A DNA stretch of 57,131 nt from a virus (IMGVR_UViG_3300002898_000197:1-57131), one strand, 5' to 3'. Positions 31,601 through 40,109 are shown, counted from the stretch's first letter. Notes: a model not told the origin generated them from the sequence alone. Made by a program: numbers and translations.

Positions 31601-32131
31601 ACTGGAAATAAAAGTAAATTAAATAAAGAAACTTCAATTGTGGATCGCTTAAAGTCTCATGATTTAGATTCATCAATTGGCGCTAGAGGCACTCTTTATA
31701 AACATTTTGCTGGCTCAGGTGCATATAAAGGAACATCTTCTCAAAATCAATTTCTCATTAAGAAGTTAAAGTCAATAGGATTTAAAAAAGGTGGTACTCT
31801 TAAAGAGCTTTTTAATCAAGCAGGTGAAGATGGAGTTTTCTTAGGTAGAAAAGATGAAACTGTAATAACAGCAGATACAACCAAATTGCTTAAAACTTCA
31901 CTACCTAAACTAGATAATTTATTTAGCAACTTAACAAAAATAACCACTAAAACACCTACACTTTCAGGTGGTACTTCTCAGCAAGTTATCAATGTACATT
32001 ATGATAACTTAATTAATGTTGAAGGCAATATTGATAAAGATTTTGCTGATGAGTTTAAACAAATGGGTGAAGATATAAGTAATAAATTAAAGAAAGGTAT
32101 GACTGGTGCAGGTAAAAAGTGGTTGAGATAA
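25649..32131 (+). CDS. tape measure protein with C-terminal DUF3597-like domain
   Basis: 2160 aa; TP901-type core (IIDKLNEVGNNFAISS...GTALKTLS), long coiled coils, Pro/Ser linker then SIVDRLK..DSS..R...Y.GT..QN. Confidence 0.93.
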   Translation: MVDNFQILLSGTLDKTTTRNVLNSDIDKIKGQIKHIELSAKLSKSSLESIKKQIGSLNNQSVDLKINSASKNNFSQQGAKAGQDYAYAFNKASNLKLSINDDEIITKTKTVINRMDALMSKTLKSDVKLDATNLEKFDELAVKVTSLEDVKKLREYLALANSEYSKLNASMSADIPDSAIEKMNTNIRGIPSDIDKVNVGFAKLKNPTAELQNEISNLVTDYQKLTQFDETGNIEEKIELYNKLTDNIKHLKKEINTTSQVEKLEPMDFQVEATQYKIEDWMRNNTRAAKHFNKELDEMLMRLKNADAQELKNINGEFGALTKQADAFGKSGKTMFETLKNNASKFIGWFGISQAVMAGTRAIKDMIGEVKVLDASMISLRKVTNATESTYDDFFTNSTQKAKELGSSISDFIELSADFARLGYSLGESSDLAEVATLYRNVGDGISASDASDSIISTMKAFNIEAADSLSIIDKLNEVGNNFAISSAGIGEALQRSASSLASANNTLDESIALITAGNTVVQNPEQVGTALKTLSLRLRSTSAEIEQMGESTEGALETTSKLRQLLLDLTDQKVDIQLDEDTYKSTYQIMLEMSKVMDDMTDMEKATALEAMFGKRQANIGTSILQNMAEAEDVLTTSLESSGSALEEQEQYQKGIQYSLDVLKASMQEMASTTLDSSTIKFFVDLMNVIVETTSALGGLVPVFTAFAVAYFTFANKEKNNLWQKLILNIVNYTRSLKGAKVATDSLNASMKVGAALTGTAFLLAIPLIVKGLDAMITTLDEQKEKLRETAEEYKNVKSDLKGIEGELEAVALKMDELNAKDIPTFIKDGELAELQKITEELLIQEGIYKRRESAKAKELAEEALRTYNKQFGGYEVSQSKVDEHLENLIASPVSGLTSDDNDISALVAAYQQAIKQSKEALANNDDELYMEYKSVADDISLMIDNVTEDIISLRATLETVPFDELGDEGVEALTRLNGMLDFIRIKIHPDEWESIKFKEVFNSSEMKETREELEALAKAGELNRTVFSANEKYQALLERTGLTAKQVVDYINSMYEATPDTPETEELNIEVKNKSIDDFQDSIQSVGKALSDFKNLDSSSIIDIMQKFGDFNWSKYGVTGAKGVGNLEDALRDLAKELLENVSEIDGFNDALQSMYDEAINTADGTNALTDAISDLSTFANDMKALDTAYAKIAEGEKIDSSDIVALQEAFGDTINFENFLNAINDVDKITPQVQQAFNNLTTEFVHTSGVLDNLTDENIDLVIAQLELEGVTNANVIATERLALQKEYLAATGKNLADATFNEVVEFARLETTSDNTRIAIANLAQQKINANNIALMVDGDIKSLRNLMAALGATTNALSLYNTVKSRGYVPGMPSSDYSKYLKSLMYSAQSEVDSFFNSLNGRNTNSSKTAYASPTAKKNAEKKNKEKKEDKTDYYLETFERELAELQYKREKDIISEKQYLDSLDNLNNQYFKGKSKYLDQYRKYEVEVYQGLKKLEEQRLSDIQGKYDDRLAVIKNSQDEIQHQIDLLESQGNIVGVGFYNQLSSNAQQQIKLLNQEKSEIQSLFNKQLSSGFIKSGTDEYYDFIQALNDVDSQIRDLTLQTVNWGKAIEDVVVDAFDNLIDNIEHLNSELSVLYDMLGSKKLTDEVGFTKEGIASIGLLAQQIEASQFKIKEYSDEIERLSKNYAENEERIEELKEAQWDEMRTTQSLRDAIVDLNRERVKSIEEGLKKEYDAYQKIIQAKKDALDSEKSLNGYLNSIAEKEKDVVSLRRQLTTLELDDSDEARTRSALLREELAKAEKALQEEQYNHSIDKQKEALDKELEDYQAQIDEKMLTLEEYLENENQVIADSLGLAKENASAVASVIADLAIEHGIEVSNAVVNPWLQGANAIASYGDALSSLTSKFTAELNKMATEMDKLLQQANKTSKVTVSTPKPSPAPKPSPTPAKPTTSSSSSPKPSSSSSSSNKKSLPLASVRYTGNKSKLNKETSIVDRLKSHDLDSSIGARGTLYKHFAGSGAYKGTSSQNQFLIKKLKSIGFKKGGTLKELFNQAGEDGVFLGRKDETVITADTTKLLKTSLPKLDNLFSNLTKITTKTPTLSGGTSQQVINVHYDNLINVEGNIDKDFADEFKQMGEDISNKLKKGMTGAGKKWLR

Positions 32132-32212
32132 TAATATTGATTAATAGCTAGGCTGAAATATGCCTAGCTATATTAAATTAAAGTAAACATTTATAACAGA
32201 AAGGAGGGTTTT

Positions 32213-33013
32213 ATGAAGTTTATCTACAATGGTCAATCTTCTGATGAATTTAATGTAATGATGGCTACAATTGGAATGCCTGAAGAAAGACAAGATTTAG
32301 GAATGTCTAGAGAAATAGTGCGTAATAGACCAATCAATAGTGCTGCAGATATTATATACGGCTCATATTACAATGATAATCGCAAATTTCCAATAACTTT
32401 AGTAAAAAAAGATGGAAGTCGCTTTACTAATAATGACATAAGGCAACTTAATGCTTGGCTAATAGGTTATAACTATCCTAAAAAATTAGAATTAGATAGT
32501 GATGTTTTAGAAGTAGAAAATACATACTACAATTGTTTATTTACAAGTGCAGCTACTATAAATGCATCAGGTGTAATAGCACTGACTTATGAAGTAGTTT
32601 GTGATGCTCCCTATGGATGGGAAGATTTTTGTGAAATATATGAAATAAATACAGAAGATCCAAAACAAGCAACCGCAATTACATTTTATAATACTTCGGA
32701 TGAAATTGAAGATTATCTTTATCCCTCTGTAAAAATAACAAAGATTGGTAATGGAGATATAGAAATATCATACTCTGAAAATACAATAAATAATGTAATT
32801 CTAAAAGATTTAGTAGATGGTGAAGTTGTTACTATAGATAGTTTAAGACAAATTATCAGTAGTACAAAACAAACATTTACCAATACATTGGGTGGATATG
32901 ATAACTTCAACCACAATTGGCTTAGACTTCTTCATGGTGATAATACTTTAGGCGTTTATGGAAATTGCATTTTAGAAATAAGTGGTAAATATGTGAGGAA
33001 GGTGGGGATATAA
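32213..33013 (+). CDS. distal tail protein (Dit)
   Basis: F.YNG.SS..F N-terminus, CDAPYG, WLRLL.G.N; follows the tape measure gene. Confidence 0.8.
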   Translation: MKFIYNGQSSDEFNVMMATIGMPEERQDLGMSREIVRNRPINSAADIIYGSYYNDNRKFPITLVKKDGSRFTNNDIRQLNAWLIGYNYPKKLELDSDVLEVENTYYNCLFTSAATINASGVIALTYEVVCDAPYGWEDFCEIYEINTEDPKQATAITFYNTSDEIEDYLYPSVKITKIGNGDIEISYSENTINNVILKDLVDGEVVTIDSLRQIISSTKQTFTNTLGGYDNFNHNWLRLLHGDNTLGVYGNCILEISGKYVRKVGI

Positions 33014-36000
33014 TTGAATTTAAAATATGATAATTTTGGTAAATTAGAAAAGCTAGATGTTTATATGGTTAGTCAAGACATGAAAAGTAAAGTCCCCATT
33101 CAAATACATAATATTAAAATAGAAATGCGTGACCTTGAAATTAGTAAGGTCACTTTTGATGTAGATGAAGAAGAAAGTATCATAATGGATTTATACACAT
33201 GGGAGAAATATGAAGGTACTACATGGGAAGAATTAGCTGGGCTAACATGGTTAGATATTACAAGAAGTAAAGACTACACTTTGTTTGAAAGTTTAAGAAT
33301 TATACATATACCAGCACTTGGTGACAAGGCATATTTTCAGCTATCCACTCCAAATGAAACACAAGAAAATAAAAGAAATTATAAATCATGCACCGCTTAT
33401 AGTTTAGAGTATCAATTAACTCAAAAAGATGTATCTTATTTTATTATTAATATGGGAGCTATAGGTTCTAGAGATGGCATTGTACTTTATGATAAGATAA
33501 ATCCTGACAAAAGCTTATTAGACTTAGCGTTAAAAAATGCACCTAATTGGTCAGTTGGTGAAGTAGATACTTCTATTGCACTAAAGTCACGAAGTTTTGA
33601 GATTGATAAATCAGACATATACAGTTTTTTAGTAGACGATGTTGCTGATGCTTATAAGTGTGTATTTTTATTTGACACTGTAAATTGCAAAGTTAATGTT
33701 GTTGCTTTAGAAAACTATGGTAAAGATACAGACATACATATTTCATCAAAAAACTTAGCTAAAAGAATTGCTATAGAAAGTGCTGAAGATTCTATTTTTA
33801 CTCGTTTTTATGTTGAGGGTAAAGATGGTTTAGATATACGTGACGTTAATTTAGGCAGTGATTATATTGAAGATTATTCATATTATAATTCACCCGAATG
33901 GTTAGGTAGTCAAGAGTTATGCGATAAATATAACGATTATATAGGGCTTAGAGAAATGCAAAGAGCACTATATATAAATAAACAAAAAGAAAATATTAAT
34001 AAATTAAATCAGTATCATGAATTAATGAATAGAGTGCCAGATAATTTTGATAGTATGATTTGGGCTGAGTATGGTTTGATTGAATTACGTACTATGCGTG
34101 ATACCTATCAAAATGTTGTGGATTCTCAGATAGAAAATGGACATAATTTACCAAGCCATATAAATCATGATGCATATCTAATTAACAAAAAGGCATTAGA
34201 CAATATTAAAGCAGAGTTAATAGTGCGTGAAAATGAAGTAGATGTGGTTCAGCTTGCTTTAGATAATATAGCTATAGAGTTAAAGCAGATTATTGACGTG
34301 GCAGATAAAAATACTTATTTTACCAAAGATGAACTTATAATATTTAGTTCGCTGGAAGTTAATACAGATTATTCTGATGAAAGTTATGTAATTACTGATA
34401 GTATGCCAGATGAAATGGTCATGCAAATAAAGGAAGACTTATATACCTCAGCAGTAAAAGAAATATATATATCTAGTCACCCACAATACTCATTCAAAAC
34501 AGAATTGCTAAACTTGTTTAATATACCTGAGTTTAATCCAATAAAATCTGGATTTGATTTAGGAAGTTTTGTTACATTGTCAATACGAGATAATTATCAT
34601 ATAAGGCTTAGATTAATAGCTATTGATATTGATTTTAACAATTTAGATAGTTTGACAGTAGAGTTTAGTAACATGACACGCTCTAGAGATGGTTTTGATG
34701 ATTATATGGCTTTAGTGAAAAACGCAATTAGTGGTACTTCTACTAGTATAACAAGAAATTTAAACACAAGTTTAATAGGAGTACAAGAAGGTTTAAGCAC
34801 TATAGAATCTATTGCTAGAAAAGGTGTTAGTTATGAGTATTTATTTGCTAATTATGCTTCCGTAGGTACGTTAGAGGCTGTTGACGCTAAAATATATAAT
34901 TTAGAAACTACATATTTAACAGTAGAGCAAGCTAATATTTTATTTTTAACAGCTGAACAAGCTGATATTAAATATGGTAATGTTGAAGAACTGAATTCTG
35001 ATGTAGCAAATATAAAAACATTATTAGCAGGTAACATAACCGCTGATAACATTAAGGTTGGTACTATTACTGCTGAGAGTGCCATAATTGCTGATGCAGC
35101 TATTACTAGAGCAAACATAGAGATGGGTGCTATTAACTCTGCATTAATAGAAGATGGTGCAATTGGTACTGTACAAATTGCAAATGGTTCTATTACTGAT
35201 GCTAAGATTGTTGAACTTACTGCAAATAAAATTACAGCTGGAACTTTATCAGTTGAGAGATTAATCATAAGAGATACTGTCAATCCAGACCAAAGTTTAA
35301 TTTATCAAATAAACAATATAGATGGTGCTTTACAATCTGTAAGAGGTGATACTTTAAATGGTGAAATTCTAACAGAGCGTACTATAACTGCTGATAGAAT
35401 TGTTGCAGAATCTATAACAGCCAATGAAATAGCCGCGAATGCTATCACAGCTAACAAGATTTTAGCCAATGCTATTACTGCTGATAAGATATTAGCTAAT
35501 GCGGTAACAGCTGCTAAAATTAATGTAACTAATTTAAGTTCCATATCAGCTAATATTGGAGAAATTACCGCTGGAACAATAACAGGTGTTGATATTTTTG
35601 GTTCTACATTGACATTGGGTGGTGCTAATAATACCAATGGGACTCTGACAGTCTATGATTCCAGTAATAATATAGTTACACAATTAGATTCAATGGGGAT
35701 TTCCACAAGTGATTTAAATTTTAAGTTTGGAAATGACTTCGGCTTCGAACAGGGGTATTTTTCAATAGGTAAGACAGGCATTCAGATAAATTATGGATCA
35801 GAGAAGCGTGGTGGTAGCACTGGATATTATTTTGATTGGTATGATACTTTTCTATATACAACAGGTGAATTGCATTTAGTCCATAAACTTAAATATTCGC
35901 TTACAGGTGAGTCAAATGATTATTGGAATACAATGTCTACTAAAACTATTATCCTAAAACACGATGGCATATTTTTTGAGTCAGATGTAGGGGAGCCAGA

Positions 36001-36079
36001 CATCACAATTAGTTCAGCAAATGGCATTTTAATTGGCAATCACCCTGTTATATGGTTTGGCTCTTATGAAACATGGTAA
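33014..36079 (+). CDS. tail spike/central fibre (Tal-like) protein
   Basis: Follows Dit; IT(A)xKI.A repeats at ~35050-35580. Confidence 0.8.
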   Translation: MNLKYDNFGKLEKLDVYMVSQDMKSKVPIQIHNIKIEMRDLEISKVTFDVDEEESIIMDLYTWEKYEGTTWEELAGLTWLDITRSKDYTLFESLRIIHIPALGDKAYFQLSTPNETQENKRNYKSCTAYSLEYQLTQKDVSYFIINMGAIGSRDGIVLYDKINPDKSLLDLALKNAPNWSVGEVDTSIALKSRSFEIDKSDIYSFLVDDVADAYKCVFLFDTVNCKVNVVALENYGKDTDIHISSKNLAKRIAIESAEDSIFTRFYVEGKDGLDIRDVNLGSDYIEDYSYYNSPEWLGSQELCDKYNDYIGLREMQRALYINKQKENINKLNQYHELMNRVPDNFDSMIWAEYGLIELRTMRDTYQNVVDSQIENGHNLPSHINHDAYLINKKALDNIKAELIVRENEVDVVQLALDNIAIELKQIIDVADKNTYFTKDELIIFSSLEVNTDYSDESYVITDSMPDEMVMQIKEDLYTSAVKEIYISSHPQYSFKTELLNLFNIPEFNPIKSGFDLGSFVTLSIRDNYHIRLRLIAIDIDFNNLDSLTVEFSNMTRSRDGFDDYMALVKNAISGTSTSITRNLNTSLIGVQEGLSTIESIARKGVSYEYLFANYASVGTLEAVDAKIYNLETTYLTVEQANILFLTAEQADIKYGNVEELNSDVANIKTLLAGNITADNIKVGTITAESAIIADAAITRANIEMGAINSALIEDGAIGTVQIANGSITDAKIVELTANKITAGTLSVERLIIRDTVNPDQSLIYQINNIDGALQSVRGDTLNGEILTERTITADRIVAESITANEIAANAITANKILANAITADKILANAVTAAKINVTNLSSISANIGEITAGTITGVDIFGSTLTLGGANNTNGTLTVYDSSNNIVTQLDSMGISTSDLNFKFGNDFGFEQGYFSIGKTGIQINYGSEKRGGSTGYYFDWYDTFLYTTGELHLVHKLKYSLTGESNDYWNTMSTKTIILKHDGIFFESDVGEPDITISSANGILIGNHPVIWFGSYETW

Positions 36080-36183
36080 CTACAATAGAGATAACTATTA
36101 TAAAACTTGTCGCCAAAGCGATAAAACAAAAAAACAACAAAGTTAAAAACTAAAAAGTAAAAGGATATAAGGGGGATAATTAT

Positions 36184-36561
36184 ATGGGTATAAAACAAAT
36201 TAGACTTACAAACGCACAGATTGAAGACATATTAAATAAACTAAATAGAATAAAAAACAAAGACATAGCAATAGATGCCTTAACTATGTATCAAATAATT
36301 AAAAATATTAAAACGCTAGAAGTATTAATTGCTTCGTATGTAGAAGTGAAAAACTCTTTGATTTTAAAGTTTGGTGTCGCCAATGATGAAGGTAATGTAT
36401 CTGTGCCTGAAGAAAAAAAGGTAGAGTTTTTTGAGGAAATTAAACCTATAATCAATGAGGAACATGATATAGAAATCCACGCAATTAACATAAAGTCTTT
36501 AGATGGGGTGATATTTACTATGGACGATATGTTGGCATTAGAAATTATGATTGAAGAGTAA
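36184..36561 (+). CDS. hypothetical tail-associated protein
   Basis: ORF with RBS in the tail module. Confidence 0.65.
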   Translation: MGIKQIRLTNAQIEDILNKLNRIKNKDIAIDALTMYQIIKNIKTLEVLIASYVEVKNSLILKFGVANDEGNVSVPEEKKVEFFEEIKPIINEEHDIEIHAINIKSLDGVIFTMDDMLALEIMIEE

Positions 36562-36608
36562 ACAATAAAATACATTAGATTAAGTTCTATAAAAGGAGGT
36601 AATAATAT

Positions 36609-37526
36609 ATGAGTATTACATCTAATCAAATTTCTACAGATATAACATTAGATGTTTCAGGAAAGTCTTCTCTTTCTAATATTTCAGCAAATCAAGGTAA
36701 TATAAAGTCTCATTTTGTAAAAGCAAAATTAAGAGATGATACACAAGCCTATATTCCACCATCAACTGCAACAGGATTAGTGTCATTTTTAACTCCAAAC
36801 AATACTAAAGTATATGAAGATGTAGTTAGTATTAGTGGTGACACAGTTACATTTGAGTTGACTGAAAGTATGTTGGGTACGGCAGGTATGGGGCTTTGTG
36901 ATATAAGTATAATTGACAATGGTTCAGTATTGATGTCTGCTACCGTTAAGGTAAGTATAAAACCAAAAGCTGTTCCAAATGATGATGATATTGTAAAAGA
37001 TAGTGATGAATATAATGTTTTGGTGAATGCTTTAGCCACCGCCCAAGAAGGTGAGACTGTAAGAGATAATGCTGAAAGTTTACGTAAGTCTAATGAAAGC
37101 ACTAGGCAAACTAATGAAATTAATCGTCAACAGAATTTAACTACTGCTATTGAAGCAATTATAAGAGCTGACAATGCGACGGACAATGCAAATAGTGCCA
37201 CCGATAGAGCAAATAGTGCCACTGATAGAGCCGATGATGCCGCTGATAGAGCAAATACATCTGCTGATAGAGCCGATGATGCTACAAGTAGAGCAAATAC
37301 TGCCATTGCTACCACTGAAGCCGCAACACAAAAGGCAAATAATGCGACGGACAATGCAATAGATACTGCTACTAATTTGGAGACGACATATTCACCGAGA
37401 CTAGGAGATCTGGAGAGTGATTATAACACACACATAAATAATGAATCACCTCACAGGTATGGCAGTCGTTTTGAGTGGAAGTATAATGCTAGTAATGACT
37501 CTTTAGACTTGGTGGTGATTGAGTGA
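36609..37526 (+). CDS. BppU-like baseplate upper protein with Ala-rich coiled-coil repeats
   Basis: N-terminal A.QG...S beta domain followed by heptad repeats. Confidence 0.75.
   Translation: MSITSNQISTDITLDVSGKSSLSNISANQGNIKSHFVKAKLRDDTQAYIPPSTATGLVSFLTPNNTKVYEDVVSISGDTVTFELTESMLGTAGMGLCDISIIDNGSVLMSATVKVSIKPKAVPNDDDIVKDSDEYNVLVNALATAQEGETVRDNAESLRKSNESTRQTNEINRQQNLTTAIEAIIRADNATDNANSATDRANSATDRADDAADRANTSADRADDATSRANTAIATTEAATQKANNATDNAIDTATNLETTYSPRLGDLESDYNTHINNESPHRYGSRFEWKYNASNDSLDLVVIE
37165..37365 (+). repeat. imperfect 21-nt coding tandem repeats (ANSATDR/ADDAADR)
   Basis: Repeated gatagagc(a/c) units; aatgcgacggacaatgcaa occurs twice. Confidence 0.8.
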
Positions 37527-39052
37527 GTGTTATAGCTAGAATAGATAATACTAAACAATTAAGTATTGTTGGTAACATTGTTGAATATCCTAGTGTGTTG
37601 GAGAGTACTGGTAGGAATTTACTGCTAGAGACAAAAAACGAACAAGCAGTTGATTCTTCTTCTTCTGAAGCAATATATGAGTACTATTTCCCTGAAGGCA
37701 AAAGAATTGAAGTAGGGGAAACATATACTGTATCTTATGATGCACGTTCTGACAATGGTGCTGACCAGCATTATATTTCAATTTTTAAACCAGGTGGTGG
37801 TAGTACGGCTCAAAAAATAAAAGACGTAAAGCCATCTATGGAGTATAAGAGATATAGATTTACGTTTACCTATACGTCTAGTGATATACCGACAGGCGTT
37901 ATGTTTGTTAGCAGAGCACAAAACTGGGCTAACAATACAGGTACTACATTTATTAAAAATGTCAAACTAGAAAAGACAACCCCTTGGCTAGAAGAACAGA
38001 TAAATTTAGAGGGCAGGAACTTACTGAAAAAAACCACTAGCACATTCCAAACCGTTAATCACAGTCAATATTTTGCAGATATGTCGGGAGTATTAAACCT
38101 AAAAGACTATGGACTTTCGGTCGGTGAGGTGCTAACGGCAAGTGTATATGTAAAAACAACATCCATTGCAGGGGCGGGAATAAGGTTTAGGTGGCTTAAT
38201 GGTGCCAATAGTAATCATGCTAATGATTGGGGTACTTCTTTAGACAAAAACAGTGAGGGTATGCTCGTGCTTACGTCAAAAATACCAGCACAAACAGAGA
38301 GTTTCCAAGTGGTAATTAATGCAGAGGATAACGATACCAATACGGGCACATTCGAATACAAGCTTTTGAAACTTGAAAAAGGTTCCACAGCCACCCCGTG
38401 GAATCCAGCTCTAGAGGAAGCATTACCATGGACACCAGCACCAGAAGATTTAGATTTTTATGGAGATTGGGGCAGGAATTTAATAACACTGTCTGAAAAA
38501 CATTCTCCGGCTGTAGAAATCACAGATACAGGTTTTTTGATTGAAAATAGTTATTCCAATATTGTATCATACGGCTTTTCAAAAAGATTAGAGCCCAACA
38601 CAACGTACACCATGAGTTTTAATGTGGAGGCAACTGGTGAGGGCGGTTCCAACATTGCTGTGGTAGGTTCTATGAGGCTTCACAACGGGGTAGATCCTAC
38701 TATTGCTTTTGGTGGAAGTTTACAAAATAACGTTGTAAGAACATTTACAACGGGGAGTACAGTACCTTTGTATGACTTGTTTGCATATGGCACTACAGGC
38801 GAAAAAGTTACGTTTTCGAATGTAAAATTTGAAAAAGGCTCAATCCCAACCCCATGGACACCAGCCCCAGAGGATGGTGTGGGTCTAATCTATCCAGACA
38901 ATGTTCAATATTTTAGTTTTGGATTTAAAAGTAATGGTGATTTATATACTAATCAAGTTATTAAATCACCTAGTCAATTTAGTATGAAGAATGATGGGGT
39001 AACAAATAGTATTACAGTATCAGAAATTATAGAAAATGCAGTTTTGTCTTAG
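37523..39052 (+). CDS. receptor-binding/tail protein with three carbohydrate-binding-like modules
   Basis: Three GRNL...K(L/F)EK...PW.PA.E modules. Confidence 0.75.
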   Translation: MSVIARIDNTKQLSIVGNIVEYPSVLESTGRNLLLETKNEQAVDSSSSEAIYEYYFPEGKRIEVGETYTVSYDARSDNGADQHYISIFKPGGGSTAQKIKDVKPSMEYKRYRFTFTYTSSDIPTGVMFVSRAQNWANNTGTTFIKNVKLEKTTPWLEEQINLEGRNLLKKTTSTFQTVNHSQYFADMSGVLNLKDYGLSVGEVLTASVYVKTTSIAGAGIRFRWLNGANSNHANDWGTSLDKNSEGMLVLTSKIPAQTESFQVVINAEDNDTNTGTFEYKLLKLEKGSTATPWNPALEEALPWTPAPEDLDFYGDWGRNLITLSEKHSPAVEITDTGFLIENSYSNIVSYGFSKRLEPNTTYTMSFNVEATGEGGSNIAVVGSMRLHNGVDPTIAFGGSLQNNVVRTFTTGSTVPLYDLFAYGTTGEKVTFSNVKFEKGSIPTPWTPAPEDGVGLIYPDNVQYFSFGFKSNGDLYTNQVIKSPSQFSMKNDGVTNSITVSEIIENAVLS

Positions 39053-39081
39053 TGTAGTTTTATAAATCAGATGTACAATTT

Positions 39082-39104
39082 AAGCATCCGAAAGGGTGCT
39101 TTTT
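39082..39104 (+). terminator. intrinsic terminator (copy 1)
   Basis: AAGCATCC-gaaa-GGGTGCTT plus T run. Confidence 0.8.
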
Positions 39105-39194
39105 GTTTAATCAAATCTACATTTTATCTTAATATTAACTTGCAAAACAATACAAAAATAAAAATTCAAATTTTAAAAAAGGGGTGATGAATTA

Positions 39195-39347
39195 ATGACA
39201 GATAAAGAAAGTTTAACCCATGCAATAGAGGATGATTTAGACAGGCGTAATAGAAACTGGAATAAAGTGGATAGAAATACGGATGACATTGACAAAATAA
39301 AAGGTAGATACATCTGGTTTGCCGACTATGAAGAGTGTCTAAACTAA
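39195..39347 (+). CDS. 50-aa ORF, possible tail-fibre remnant
   Basis: RBS ggggtga, ATG...TAA, followed by hairpin AAGACC/GGTCTT and T run. Confidence 0.45.
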   Translation: MTDKESLTHAIEDDLDRRNRNWNKVDRNTDDIDKIKGRYIWFADYEECLN

Positions 39348-39394
39348 CCAAGACCTACAAAGGTCTTTTTTAAATGCAGAAAGGAGCAGTTAAA

Positions 39395-39475
39395 ATGAAT
39401 AATCGAACAAATATTCGGGGGTACTGCTATCTAGATTTAGTAATACCCTCTATCCAGGATGTGTTTTTTAAATGA
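39395..39475 (+). CDS. 26-aa leader ORF translationally coupled to the next gene
   Basis: Strong RBS gaaaggag; its TGA overlaps the next ATG (ATGA). Confidence 0.5.
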   Translation: MNNRTNIRGYCYLDLVIPSIQDVFFK

Positions 39476-39879
39476 AAATATGGAAAAACCTATTCGGAAA
39501 CGATGATAAAATTAACGCAAGCGAAATTGCAGTTGCACCAGGATTGTTACTACCTGGCGCTGTAATTGTAGAAAGTGGAGACGGCTACACAATGTGGGGC
39601 AATGGGCTAATGATTGTCGAGGTTGAGTTTGTCAGAGCTATTACTACCTCTGACATAGGTGTACATTGGGCTGCATCACAAGCATTTAATTTTCCTAAAC
39701 CATTTATTGCGCCGCCCACTTTAATGTCATGTAGCTGTAACGAAACAACTTTCATTTCTGCGTCAAATTATAGTGGAAATCCAACAACTACACAAAGCAG
39801 ACTCAATTTCCATTTTAGAGCTGCAAGAGACAATGTTAACATAACATTTAAGATTATATATTGGGGTAGATGGAAATAG
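39472..39879 (+). CDS. gp53-like tail-fibre tip domain protein
   Basis: VESG.GY..WGNG.M...FPKPF...P...GRWK pattern. Confidence 0.75.
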   Translation: MKIWKNLFGNDDKINASEIAVAPGLLLPGAVIVESGDGYTMWGNGLMIVEVEFVRAITTSDIGVHWAASQAFNFPKPFIAPPTLMSCSCNETTFISASNYSGNPTTTQSRLNFHFRAARDNVNITFKIIYWGRWK

Positions 39880-39946
39880 AGGGTATCAAGATAGCGAAAC
39901 GATAGATTATGCCTATATTGATGGTAGTTTAACATACTAGTGTATC

Positions 39947-39968
39947 AGCATCCGAAAGGGTGTTTTTT
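39947..39968 (+). terminator. intrinsic terminator (copy 2)
   Basis: AGCATCC-gaaa-GGGTGTT plus T run; 16 bp identical to 39083-39098. Confidence 0.8.
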
Positions 39969-40049
39969 ATTACAAAATAATAGAGACAGAAAACCTATCT
40001 TAACTGGTGGCTTTCTATCTCTACAAGTATACCAAAGTGGTATAAATCC

Positions 40050-40078
40050 ATTATACCACTTTTAGAGTATTATTTCAA
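40050..40078 (-). promoter_or_regulatory. near-consensus sigmaA promoter firing away from the lysis genes
   Basis: TTGAAA-17 bp-TATAAT with extended TG. Confidence 0.7.
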
Positions 40079-40109
40079 GGTAAAATAACGAAAGGATGGA
40101 TTATATGCA

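Noticed and set aside
32177-32194. Additional degenerate dyad copies (32177, 5202, 44242, 55949)
   Set aside because: Two or more mismatches in AT-rich DNA, so not counted among the exact sites
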